This document shows positions 24,464-36,700 of a stretch of 64,000 bases of DNA, piece by piece (positions within the stretch are counted from its first letter, which is position 1; the number at the start of each line of letters is the position of its first letter). The notes below the pieces were generated by a model. It was not told the DNA's origin. It did not search any database and was given only the letters and a program-made list of their open reading frames with translations. The stretch comes from Octopus bimaculoides (taxonomy: Eukaryota), in assembly GCF_001194135.2 (NCBI RefSeq), contig NC_068997.1, forward strand, positions 55,732,231-55,796,230. Reading direction: 5' to 3'. The translations under genes and the position numbers were made by a program.

Positions 24464-25690
24464 TTGATATATATAAAGATCCCTTCCAGGGGCCCTATTA
24501 TCGATTTTTTTTTCCAGCAATCTGAGTATGCCATGTGGTTTCAAGACATGAATTCTACTTGCATGCTAAATTCCTCACTAAAATCGTTGTCAACTCTCAC
24601 TTTCCTTTACAGCATCTTTGTACATAGCCCATACAGCCTCCTCTGCAAGTCATTTATCATCAGCAAGTGACCTAAGTAACCTTCTGCATTACTTAGTACG
24701 GGATGCTGTGAAACATTTTCTCCAAATAAAAGAAAACAAAGCAAATGATGCCAGGAATAGCAGTTTCGTCTTATCGAAGTATTTATCTTATAATTGCCTC
24801 ACTAAGAAGACTGTATCTGTGGTTCCTCTTCCAGTAACAAAGCAAAACTGCCTCACCTCTAGGCCTATTCTATCATGGATGAGTTGGGTCTTCATAACCT
24901 GATCTAGTGATTTGATTCTGTTACAGAGGCAGCTCTTTGCTTTTGTAGCAGTTTACAATGATTCTGCGATGCTAGTCATTGAGTATGATTCCTTACTGTA
25001 TAACTTGATTAACTATCTGGGTGGAAATCATATAACCTACTTCACCAGTAATTTAAATGTCTTTCCAATTAGCCTTGATGGTCACGTGGCTTTTACTCTC
25101 TTTGTATCTTTAATTGCTGTATTATTCAACATGCTGCTGTCAATTTAAATTCCTGGCCCCTAAGAAGGTTCAGCAAGAGTGGACCCTCTTTATGCCACTC
25201 ATTCTCACCATTTAAGAACCTCTCATAACAGCCTCTCATGATAGCACTTTCAAGCCACTTTCTTGTCTTCCATATCGATGGTGAGTTGCCTTCATCATCC
25301 GGAATATGCTTCTCACCAACGGTTTCTCAATTCTCTCTCACATCCTGCTTTGTGATCCCAAACACCTCACTTCCTTGATATTCATCCTCATAAACATGTG
25401 CAAATCTCTTCCTCTCTGTTTCACCCTTAGCCAAATATATCTGTTGCTTTGTTACTCTTCTAGCCATTAGGGAATGCTCCCTCCTACTGCTTTCCCTCCA
25501 GTCTTTTCAAGCATGTCTTTTAGTCTTCACTGCTCCATCAATTCCTACCATCATGTTACTTTTGGCTGAGATTTTGCTCCAGCTATATGTATGATTTATA
25601 AACCCAGACAGGTTATTTCATAAAAATTCCTAGTTGATGCCTATGCTACTTCTATATAAATCTTCTTTCCTATAAATATATGTGTCCATT

Positions 25691-25923
25691 ATTTACATTA
25701 TTTACATTTGAAGGATATTTGTCCTCATTTTGTTTGTTGCTAACACACATTTTCGGCTGAGATACCCTCCAGCCTTCATCAGGTGTCTTGGGGAAATTTC
25801 GAACCTGAGTTCTCATTCCTAAAGTATTTTTCGATGTTATTATTGTTATTATTATTCAGGTTACTGCCTGGAATTGAAGTTGGAATCTTGGGGTTAGTAG
25901 CCCACACTCTTAACCACTACTCC
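25691..25923 (-). mobile_element. SINE family H: tRNA-like head, (AAT)n linker, hammerhead-like domain, TGTAAATAA repeat tail
   Basis: TSD ATATGTGTCCATT (25678-90) and ATATGTGTCAATT (25924-36), 12/13. A-box-like TGGAGTAGTGG, anticodon-arm-like GGG-CTACTAA-CCC, B-box-like ACTTCAATTCC. Confidence 0.88.
25742..25787 (-). ncRNA. Minimal type I hammerhead ribozyme fold; cleavage-site region degenerate in this copy
   Basis: GACAC-CTGATGA-A-GGCTG-GAGGGTATCT-CAGCC-GAAA-ATGT-GTGTT: stem I GACAC/GTGTT, perfect 5-bp stem II, intact CUGAUGA and GAAA boxes. Confidence 0.7.
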
Positions 25924-27014
25924 ATATGTGTCAATTAGAATTTCTCTAAATCTATCTCCAATAGCAGGATCTTTTAGTTTCCATATCTTCTTTCTCCATA
26001 CCATTTTCATATATGTATGTGTGTGGACAAAACAACTGCAGATGAATGATAAAGATAGGTGGTCCAGCGGAGAGGAAGTGATGTTGGCAGTACAGAGATG
26101 AAGAAGTAGAATGTATTGGGTACAGATATTTCGATGAAGCATCTTACATACAACCACATCAATACACACAAATTTATACATACACACGTATCTGTGTATG
26201 TACATGTACACATACACACACACACAATACACATGCATGCACATACACACAGTCAGTAGTGTTCAAGTCATTAGTTAAAAAAGAAATGTTGAAAATGCTA
26301 ACAATATTTCCAAATGGGTAAACTCAATGCCTATATTGCAGTCAAATTTATTATAACAGCCTGTTCTACTAGTCTAGTTGAACAAGCTGCTAGCTGTAAC
26401 TTGTCTCTGTGAAACTAATTTCATTTTGCATATATATATATATATTGACACATATATATCTATATATATTGACATATATATATATATAAAACTACCAGTT
26501 ATTTTATTGCATTTCATTCTTATATATATAATATGTATATGTATACTTATATATACATATTTATTTTTTGCTTACATTTCAAATCATGTTTGGTATAATA
26601 ATATGATTAGCAGTGCACATGTATGGTAAATATTATAATTTATAAAAGGTCTCAAAAAAATATTGCTAAAATATGTCTTTATTTAGAAATTTCTAGGAAA
26701 AATACAAATTTGAAAAGCAAAAAAGTAAAAGAAAGAGAAAAAAATGAAATGAAAGAAAGCAGCACTCGGCACTACATATTTATTCAGAATGTTGATCACC
26801 AAGTGACAATATGCAGCCAGTGAAACCATGATGGAACACAAAAACAAAATACTTCACGACATTCAATGAATTATAATGGATATTCTGACATGAAAAATGT
26901 ATTCTTATGAGATTTCTGCAAATTATGTAAGTGTGAAACTGATTTCTCTAGATAGCAAAATCAATTCTTGACATGGACTTCAGTTTAGTTTTTCTTATAC
27001 ACATATATATATGG

Positions 27015-27017
<3 letters not shown>

Positions 27018-27088
<71 letters not shown>
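27018..27088. repeat. (CA)n microsatellite
   Basis: Seen directly. Confidence 0.95.
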
Positions 27089-27089
<1 letters not shown>

Positions 27090-27159
27090 TTTGTTAAGAA
27101 ACAAAATATAATAAACAAATAATCAATCCAGAAAATATATTTTATTTTTATAAATTATC

Positions 27160-27217
27160 AATAATAACAACAATAATGATAATAATAATAATAATAATAA
27201 TAATATTAATAATGATA

Positions 27218-27243
<26 letters not shown>
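27160..27243. repeat. (AAT)n microsatellite
   Basis: Seen directly. Confidence 0.95.
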
Positions 27244-27248
<5 letters not shown>

Positions 27249-27558
27249 TGTAGCTGCTTTTATAGAATATATTCTATATTGAATTACATCTACATATATT
27301 TCTTTCAGCAATTTCTGATTGCTTCTTTTAGAAAATTTGACAAATTTTTAGTAACCAATATTTTTTTTTTTGCTTGTTTTTTTTTTTTTTTTAAGTGTTT
27401 CAGATCAAACTTCGTTTTCGCAACTCAGGTTCATATTCAAACACAATTCTCTGAGAGGGGAAATATTCTCTTTTATTACTCTTTCACTGTTGCTCAAAAT
27501 ATTTAATGAGCATAACACACACACACACACACACGTATATATACATACCCTCACACAT

Positions 27559-27646
<88 letters not shown>

Positions 27647-28723
27647 TAGTGCTAAAATTGGCTACATACAGAAGGAAATTGCCTGTATCCATTACAGACA
27701 CAGTGACAGAGCCACTCAAGTCACCCAGTTCCTAAGCATTCCTTGAATTAACAAGTACCCAGCATCCTTTGTGAACATTCTGCATGGATACAAATGGAAT
27801 AAAAATGACAAGAGGAATGTCTCTAGGACCTGCTTCCTGAGGATTCCTCACTCTAATGAGATTACCACTTCTGTTGTCTGTAAGGACGGTTTCAATATTT
27901 CATTAGGGGCTGTGCAAATGCATGTCAACAAAGAGAACTCAAGTGGGACAACCCTGCACACAAATGTCTGCCAACACACGGGGTTTGGCCCAAATGTTTC
28001 ACATCCTACAGGATAAATTACTGACAACAAATACATCTTCCTTCCACAACCACGTGACCATGCTAGCCACAGAGAGAAATACAGGAAATATTCATATCAA
28101 GGATCAACCATCTTAATCCAATGTGGAAGAAAGTAGAAGAATACTGAGAAAGATATGACCAAAGATGATGGAAGAGGAAATGGAGGCCAAGGGTTTTAAT
28201 GAGAAAAAATGGCGAGGATAGGAAAAACGGAAAAGACTGCCATGGGATTTGGAAAACTAAGAACACTGCTTTAATAGGAAAAATATGAGCTTAAAATGGT
28301 TGTTGTATGAGTTCATTGCATAAAGGTTGACTTTACCTTGTTCTTAAGATTCATAAATTAAGTACTGGCTTTGATTTAATTAATTGTGGTCTCCATTCAA
28401 ACTTCCAGGCCTTGTGTCTACATAACTAAATCAATATAAACATTCTCACTACATGAAATAGGAGTCAGGTCTATATGTTTGAAGAGTATGGTACCATATT
28501 TATGGCATTACATGAACATATAGGTTTATATTATGAGGAAAAAACGATATATTGGAAATTTCAGAGCTACATCGATAAGATCTTATGATTCATAAAAAGA
28601 TAATAAGGATTATTTTTACAACTGTTCTGTTTTTGAAAAGATTAGACAAGCTGAAAATAGTTGAGTAATATATTGCCTCAAGATTGTGGGTAGCGTATAC
28701 ATTTATATATATATCTATATCTA

Positions 28724-28795
<72 letters not shown>

Positions 28796-28822
28796 NNNNN
28801 NNNNNATCTATCTATCTATCTA

Positions 28823-28885
<63 letters not shown>

Positions 28886-29750
28886 ATGTATACATACATG
28901 TGTGTGTGTGCATGTGACAGGAAGAAATGAAGTAACATTGAAATATTGAAAGACAAACAACAGTGCAAGATGACTAACCGTTGCCAATTCTCATGAAAGA
29001 TTTGGGAATTATGAGAAAGAATTAGATATCTAACTCTAAATCAAGTTCTTGGAACTTCAGAGTAATGTTATTTGATAGACAAAGAAAAAAAATAATAATA
29101 AAGAAAATGAGAAATAAAAATAGAAAGATAATTTTCATTCCAGAAGAATGGTCTAACTCAAAAGAAAATTCAATGTCAGATATATTTCATTATTTGTTAA
29201 TATTTGGTATCCATGATCATCAATTTACCCAATACCCAGGTAATAGCTTTCAAGCATAACTTCTTTTAAAGTTACACTTGTTTTTTACCATTTTTTTGTC
29301 ACTTTATTTTACGTGGTACATATACTTTTTCTTTGCTGATTTTTTTATTTTATTTTTCATCATTGTGTCTTTATTGTATTTCTTTTCTTTTTTTTTCATT
29401 TATGAATAGGTGAGAGTTATTTATTGAAATACAAGTTTATTATTGAGCAGAAAAGAAAATTTCTTTTTCATAAAATTCTTGCCAATTGAAAAGGAACAAA
29501 AAAATTTTATAATTTAATATCTTTTACAGAAAATCAAATTCTGCTAAGAGAATTCAAAATATACTTTGAGATATAGACGTGTTAACTACTTCTTACTTAC
29601 CTGTAAAGGAGTTAAACACTGTAATATCTAATTATGTACAAATTAATATTTAAACTGATATTCTATTAATTAAGCTTAACATTATTCTTTCATCATTAAT
29701 TGACATTTATAAAACCCAACGTCAGCTAATTCATCAAAATCAGATGTATT

Positions 29751-29903
29751 AATTATGGTTTCAAATTGTGGTGCAGGACCAGAAATTTTAGGAGAGGGTT
29801 AAGTCGATTATATTGACCCCCCCCCCCCAGTATTCCGTTGGTGCTTATAGACCGGGAAAGGATGAAAAGCAAAGTCATCTTTGTTGGAATTTGATCTCAG
29901 AAC
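29751..29903 (-). mobile_element. SINE C 3' part
   Basis: ATGGTTTCAAATTGTGG...AAGTCGATTATATTGACCCC...GGATGAAAAGCAAAGTC...GGAATTTGATCTCAGAA, the reverse complement of the family at 13904 and 35158. Confidence 0.85.
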
Positions 29904-29911
29904 AGATGGAC

Positions 29912-30483
29912 AAGAAAAGACATGACAACCTAGGGAGAGTAATCCACTGGGAGTTATGTAGAAAGCTAGGATTTGAACACACTGATAAATGATATGAACG
30001 TGAACCTAGTAAAGAACTAGAAAGTAAGAAATATAACATCTTGTGGGATTTTAACATTTGGACTGACAGAGTAATAGAAGCTAGAAGGCCTGATTTAGTA
30101 GTAGTAGTAGTAAAGAGAATAGAAAATGCCAGATAATTGACTTTACAGTCTCAAATGATGAAAAAAAAACCCAATATGATAGGTATAGGAAAAATAGAAA
30201 AGTACCAGGCCCTAGCCATTGAATTACAGAGACTATGGAAAATGCAGGTAAAATGTATCCCAGTATAGATTCATTGAGAACTAAAGATTTGGACAGATGG
30301 ATAGAGGAAATAGGTATAAAACCAAATTTAGTACAGCTGCAGAAAACCATGTTATTAGGGACAGCTAGGATACTTAGCAGGGTTCTTGTCATGAGGTTAC
30401 TTGTTGTAGCCTGATGTTAGGAAATTTTGTTTTCCAAAAATCTAATCTGTTGAGCATATATGAAGTAATAATAATAACAATAA
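29912..30483 (+). mobile_element. R4/Dong-clade non-LTR retrotransposon 3' end (restriction-like endonuclease domain, 3' UTR, (TAA)n)
   Basis: KRHDNLGRVIHWELCRKLG...WDFNIWTDRVIEARRPDLVVV...KCQIIDF...KIEKYQALAIELQRLW...LQKTMLLGTARILSRVL shows the RHD, RPD and K..KY motifs of RLE elements. Contains stops and frameshifts. Confidence 0.92.
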
Positions 30484-30690
30484 TGGTTTCAAATTTTGAT
30501 ACAAGGCTAGTGGGAGAGGGTAAGTTGATAACCTCGACCCCCAGCACTCAACTGGTACTTATTTTATTGACCTCAAGAGGATGAAAGGCAAAGTCAACCT
30601 TGGTGGTATTTCAAGTCAGAATGTAAAGACAGACGAAATGCTGCCAAGCATTTTGTTCGGCATGCTAACAATTCTGCCAACTTGCCACTT
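30478..30690 (-). mobile_element. SINE C, full length
   Basis: TAATGGTTTCAAATTTTG...ACTCAACTGGTACTTATTTTATTGACC...GGATGAAAGGCAAAGTCAACC...CATGCTAACAATTCTGCCAACTTGCC. Confidence 0.92.
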
Positions 30691-30712
30691 TGATGATGAT
30701 GATGATGATGAT

Positions 30713-30900
30713 GTAGGGGCACTGGGAGCATTAAGAACCAAATTTGAGAAATTTGGTTGAGAAATTGGGATTGACATGAGGATAGAACATGCTCAGAAAA
30801 TTGCTTTATTGGGGACAAGTGAGACTTGTAATTGAAAGTTAAGTATTGTGGAAAGAGACCCTGTGAGACTTTTGACAACAAGTTGCTGTCTACTCTTACT
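30713..30900 (+). mobile_element. Second short R4/Dong 3' fragment
   Basis: VGALGALRTKFEKFG*EIGIDMRIEHAQKIALLGT. Confidence 0.75.
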
Positions 30901-31130
30901 GAATTAGCCAAAGCAAGGGAAATGAAGAGTTCTGAGAAGTGAAATGGAAATAGCAATAATGATAATAATAATAATAATCTTTTCTTTAATAGCTACAAGG
31001 GCTGAAGAAACACAGGAAAATACGAACCAGATGTCTTTCAAAGACATGGATTGAGACAAATAATACAAAATCTCGTCAAAGAGTGAATGATGCGTGTGTG
31101 TGTGTGTGTGTGTATGCATGAATTAAATTA

Positions 31131-31320
31131 ATTCTTTCTGTTATAGGCACAAGGCCTGAAATTTAGGGGGAGGGGGCAGTTGATTACATCAACTCCAGTA
31201 TGCAACTGGTACTTAATTTATCGACCCCCAAAAGGATGAAAGGCAAGGTCGACCTCAGTGGAATTTGAACTCAGAATGTAAAGACACATGAAATACCTCT
31301 AAGCATTTCACCTGGCATGA
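31131..31320 (-). mobile_element. SINE C
   Basis: GGCACAAGGCCTGAAATTTAGGGG...ATCGACCCCCAAAAGGATGAAAGGCAAGGTCGACCTC...GAATTTGAACTCAGAATGTAAAGAC. Confidence 0.92.
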
Positions 31321-31670
31321 ATTAAAATAATAAGGCACAAATATTTAGACAGAGAAATATAGAAAAACCCACAATAATTAGAATAGCATAATTAAAAGGA
31401 TTTAAAACATCGAAAAATGGTACTAGTTGGGTTGAGCTAGAGTACCTCATATCTCTACTCACTTGCCTTGGCTTGTATTATTGTCTTGTGTAGCCAAGGG
31501 TACCCATCAACATGTTTTTCAGATGAATGGGTTACATAAACACCCACGTCTTTGGCGAAGAACTGTTTCAAATTTTTATTGTGCATTTGCTTTGAGTTTA
31601 GAAACATTCCATCTTTAGCACCATTTCTCAAATTCCAAACCTAAATGTGTCTCTGTGGTGGTGATGGTGG

Positions 31671-31702
<32 letters not shown>

Positions 31703-34015
31703 ATTATGATGATGATGATCATCATCATCATCATCATGATGATGATGAAATGTGATTGAGTAGGTGGGTGTATGTGAACAATAAATGATCCAAGAAGTGT
31801 GGATGTTAAAAATGATATAATTGTCATGAGAAAAGAAGGAAGCTTGAAGATTCGGTCTCAGACTCTTTGTTAAGGAAGAGAAGAGAGAGTTCTGTGTATT
31901 TTAGTTCACATATACCCAACGGTAATTTTAGTAATGAAAGCTGAAAGAATATGATTGAAAGTAGCTAATGAATCCGGGAGTGTGGAGGTATGTGGTAGGT
32001 TGAAATGGTAAACATATGCAACATGAATGGTAAGGAGAAGCAGTGCCTGTGTGTATGATCTTTAAATTGTATCTGAGAATAAAAACTAAAACAAAAACGT
32101 TTTCTTGTTATTTTCCTGGATCAACTTTATGACATTATTTTCAGTAAAAGCTGATTTTTATGATACAAATTATTGAAATAACATTTCCAATCACGTTTTT
32201 ACATATTGGGAGAAATATTTCGATAAATCAAAGAAAAAAAGTACGAAAATTATGTAATGTATATGAAAGATTAACTCTTCAACTACAAATATTGGAGAGC
32301 AAATGGCACTTAAATCTGAATGACTTCAGCTGCAATATAAATGATTCAAAGAAAACTGGTGAATATGTTACTGTAGAACAATTATATGTCTAACAATGGA
32401 CCGTATCTTTCTTCTCTATTGTCATCAAGATTTCCAAGACCTATTGGATAATGGTTTTACAATTCCCAATAGGAAAAAAAAAATTAATCATTAACAATAC
32501 AAGTGATTTACAAATGCAATGAATTGACCAAAGTCTGTGCATTAAAGACATCAGACTCAGAACTGTACCAAACTTGTTTGCAAATTGTGATATCAAATAA
32601 TTGATCTAAAACTATATGTCTCAATGTATCTAAAGAGAACAAATGAAGAAATCTCAAACTGGTTTATCAACCTGACAGAAATAGCAACTAAATCTCTTTC
32701 AAGTCTCACCTTACTACTCTAAAAAAAATGTAAAGAAACATTGTGTCATGTAAACCAGTATATGCTATGTTACAAAAAAAAAATCACATTTGAAACACCT
32801 TTTATCACATGTCTGCACAATTAAGGCTGATATGAGGCTAAATTTCAACAACAAGAAACCAATATGGAAGGATTATATCATACCTAGAAATTTTAGCTCT
32901 TCTAAAGAGAACAAACACAGAAACTGTATCACACTTAGAAAAGATACATCCTTACCATTGAGGAAATTTATTTCTATTATTCATATCCAGTTGAAGAATT
33001 GCAGTGATATCAATTACTGGCCAGTGACAGGCTCTCTATATTTCCAACTGTGAAAGGGTCAAGTAAGTTACCTGTATAACTCAGTGCAGAACAAATATTA
33101 CTGAGAACTTTGTCAGATGTGTTGTTTTAGCTCTAGAGAAGAATCATCTTTGTCTCAGTAAATCTGGAGACTCAAAAGTAGAGAAATTCACAATACTTTC
33201 AATAATGAGTATGAATGAAAAAAGAATATACAGTCACCAAAGCATATATTGATACAGCATGTGAATTGCAAAGAAATATATTTTAATATGCAATTTAGTT
33301 GCAAGCTGATTCGGTTCTTGACAACTGAGCCAACCAGCATGGGACGATAATGATGATGGTGGTGGTAGGCAATGATGATGATGATGAAAATAAGGATGAT
33401 GCCTATGATGTTGATGATGACAAGCTATATCCACTGAGTTTTATTTGTTTGAATAGCATTAAGAAGTAAAAATGAAAGATTTAATCATAACAAGCAAAGT
33501 GTAAAGGAAAATAACAGAAATGGAAATGTCCAAATACTTTACGATATTATCCTTATCACTTTCTATAAACCATGAACATAGATATAAGAAATATAAAGAT
33601 TACTTATATGGCATGATCTCCATTCAAAGTATAGAAAAAAAATTCATAAGATAAAGCTGAAAAAATATAACGAAAAAAGGGGAATTATTTGAAACTTCAT
33701 TAAAATAAATCTAAATGGAAATGAAAGATATTTGACATTCTCAGAATTATGAAATCTTCAGCATTTTGTAAAGAAGGTATCTGCTTGATGCCATGTTCAA
33801 TTTGTATTTTAATCATAAAGTGTATAAAGAAAGTGTTGACAAACTATAGTTTTAACCATATCATGTCAAAAGGAAGGATATTAACAAAATATCTTGTTAT
33901 ATTCTTTTATATATAGACTTGCCTTCGTCTAAGGTAGACATCTGTAAATGAATGAGTTTGTGTGTGTGTGTTGTATATATATATTTACACACACAAACAG
34001 ATGTGTGTGTGTGTA

Positions 34016-34089
<74 letters not shown>

Positions 34090-34982
34090 TATTCATATTC
34101 ATATTCACATACGCAGACACACATTGCCAGATTGATAGATAAACATATACTTATCATGCAACATCTTAATCATATATTTATACATGTAAATATACAGAAG
34201 TATTCTTATTTACTGATTTTTACACATGTATGCACATATGTATGAGAGTGTGCATCTGTGATATGCATACATATGCATACACGTATGTAAAGATAGATAC
34301 ATGCATATGCAAGTACACACACACATACATACTCATATATCACATGCACACATGGCTTGGGCATAATGCACCACAGTTAATAGGACTTTGATACTCAGTA
34401 TATAAATGGAGCCTCCTAATGGAATCAATTTATTTAAACCCTCACAGTAACGATGAAATAATTAAAATGTCAAGTGTTCACTACATCACATTTGTCTTGC
34501 TTGAAATATACCTTTGCTTTCGTATCAAAAGAAATAATTTTTTGAAATATTTCAAAGTAATATTGTATTGAAATAAATGATGTCAACATTTTCCCATGAA
34601 ACTTAAATAGCTAAACCATCATCATCATCATCATCATCATCATTATTTTAGTTGTTGTCGTCATCGATGTTGAAGTAATCATCACTGTCATCATTGATAT
34701 CATTTTTACAACAAACATTCTCGTCATCGTCATCATCATCATAATCATCATCATTTGTATGTCCATTTATCCATGCTGGTACGGCATTGAAGGGGACCTG
34801 TTGAATATGTTTTCTTTGGTACTTAGCCTCATCCTCTTCTTCCCATCTCATCCCCGGTCTCCCTCTTCCACAAGTTCTTCCTACATAAACCCATTTTCCA
34901 CATCTTCCTCCACTTGCTACCTTCCATACGGATTACGTGTTTGTGCTAGCACAGTTTCTCTCTTGCCTTTTCCATCCAGTGT

Positions 34983-35150
34983 GGAGGCACATGGCTTAGT
35001 GGTTAGGATGTTGGATTCATGGTCATAAGATTGTGGTTTCAATTCCTGGACTGGGCGCCGTGTGTGTGTTCTTGAGCAAAACACTTCATTTCACGTTGCT
35101 CCAGTTGACTCAACTGGCCAGAATGAGGAATCCTGTGATGAACAGGTCTC
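34983..35150 (+). mobile_element. SINE family B: tRNA head plus a Meta/CORE-like central domain
   Basis: A-box TGGCTTAGTGG, B-box-like GGTTTCAATTCC, then GTGTTCTTGAGCAAAACACTTCATTTCACGTTGCTCCAG. The domain class is from recall. Confidence 0.75.
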
Positions 35151-35157
35151 CTGCCTA

Positions 35158-35364
35158 AGCTGGTAGAAACGTTAGCATGCCAGACAAAATGCTTAGTGGT
35201 ATTTCATCTGTCTTTATGTTCTGAGTTCAAATTCCATCGAGGTTGGCTTTGCTTTTCATCCTTTCAGGGTCACTAAATTAAGTGCTAGTTGAGTACTGGG
35301 GTTGATCTAATCAACTGGTCCCCTCCCCAAAAATTTCGGGCCTTGTACTTAGAGTAGAAAAGAA
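35158..35364 (+). mobile_element. SINE C abutting SINE B
   Basis: GCTGGTAGAAACGTTAGCATGCCAGACAAAATGCTTAG...CTGAGTTCAAATTCC...GGGCCTTGTACTTAGAGTAGAAAAG. Confidence 0.92.
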
Positions 35365-35773
35365 CTAGCCTCCTGCCCTGGCAAGGGAGATTCATATGCC
35401 ATGGAAACAGGTAAACCAGTTGTTATGAGTCAGAATGACCTGAAAAGGTAACTTTACCATCACATCCAATTTCTTTAACTCCTAGTTTTATCTCTCAGCT
35501 CCTTAGAGCTCATTCCCTCTCTTGTTCACACACACTATCATTACAAATAGAGCAGGGTAATGCCCCCTACATTTCATTTCAGCCTTCATATATCCCTTGT
35601 GTTTGGCACTCACACCCTGCTCTTATGCAACACCACCAAAGCATCAGAATTTATGCTTCACTCAGTGATAAAATTCCTTTGAGGTGTTGCAAGAGGTAGT
35701 TATGTTCCAGTTGCAGAATGTTTGTTGTAGGTTTTTTTTGTTTTTGCAAAGAATGTCTCGTATGGATTAAGGT

Positions 35774-35822
<49 letters not shown>

Positions 35823-36234
35823 ATAGTAACAGTGTGCAAAAATAATTGAAGAATAATTACATAGAGCTAAAACATTTCCTATTGCTAGGAAAATTCCAAG
35901 CCAAAGTTAAAACACATACGCACACACACACACACAAAATAATTATAATTTAGTTTAAAGTGTTTTAGAAAGCCATTAAAATGTCAGTTGGAAACAAAAG
36001 AATGAAAACAAAAACACGACAAAAAGAAGGTAGATTTGTTTTCCTTATATTTCAGCATTAAGAAGCCCTTATCAACAGAAAATGGAACCTGAATTTAGCT
36101 CTGATCTACTCAGATATGTAGGGGTTGAATGGTATGACATGTACAGATTTTAATTTTAGACAATTAGAGTAGCACAACTCTTGTCTGTTGTTAATGGTAG
36201 GATTAATTTTTTAATGAAATCTAGTCCTATAGTG

Positions 36235-36700
36235 ACACTCTTATTGATACCAGTCTACCCCAGACAATAAGAGCTGCCATTGGCAAACAACAAGAGTGTC
36301 AGAACAGTCCCAAGAAGCTGGTAACTAAATCCTGTTCTTTGTCTACACCAAGGAGAAACATCTCATTGCAGTGGTGCCTGAAGTGTGAAACATTTAGGAA
36401 TTTAGGCACTACAAACTTGCCAATCTACTGTAAACTTTGTGAGCACCCTTCACAATATTATGGATGTGCATGTCCCTAATGTGAAAGCAATGTGATTGAG
36501 ATGTTGTTCACTCTGAATAGAAATGATGTACATAGTCACAGAGTTTTCAGTTGCCTTGTTAAGGCTGCACACAGTAGTGGACTTGACTAGAAATAACTCA
36601 TTGACTGCCATCAAACTTTCATATGATTTTAGATGCAGGAAGCAGAGAGAGGAGTTTTCCTCATCACTTCTATACCAACTATTTAATTTCATCTAAACTC
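36235..36700 (-). mobile_element. Possible decayed CR1/L2-type AP-endonuclease remnant
   Basis: Minus-strand LMAVNELFLVKSTTVCSLNKA and PMAALIVWG loosely resemble APE N-terminal and GDFN motifs. Confidence 0.3.

Larger units (their letters stand above)
24530..26010 (-). mobile_element. RTE (BovB-like) LINE fragment, linker through RT domains, interrupted by SINE H
   Basis: Minus-strand peptides WRKKIWKLKDPAIGDRFREIL, VMKTQLIHDRIGLEVRQFCFVTGRGTTDTVFLVRQL*DKY and AMYKDAV...KVRVDNDFSEEF. Stops and frameshifts throughout. Confidence 0.9.

Noticed and set aside
25862-25925. tRNA-like sequences at the heads of SINE H, B (34983), A and C
   Set aside because: Degenerate boxes and no closing acceptor stem; they are SINE heads, not tRNA genes.
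27771-28116. Overlapping 62-81-aa ORFs in moderately GC-rich sequence
   Set aside because: Faint LINE-RT resemblance only; I could not assign them to a family or a host gene.
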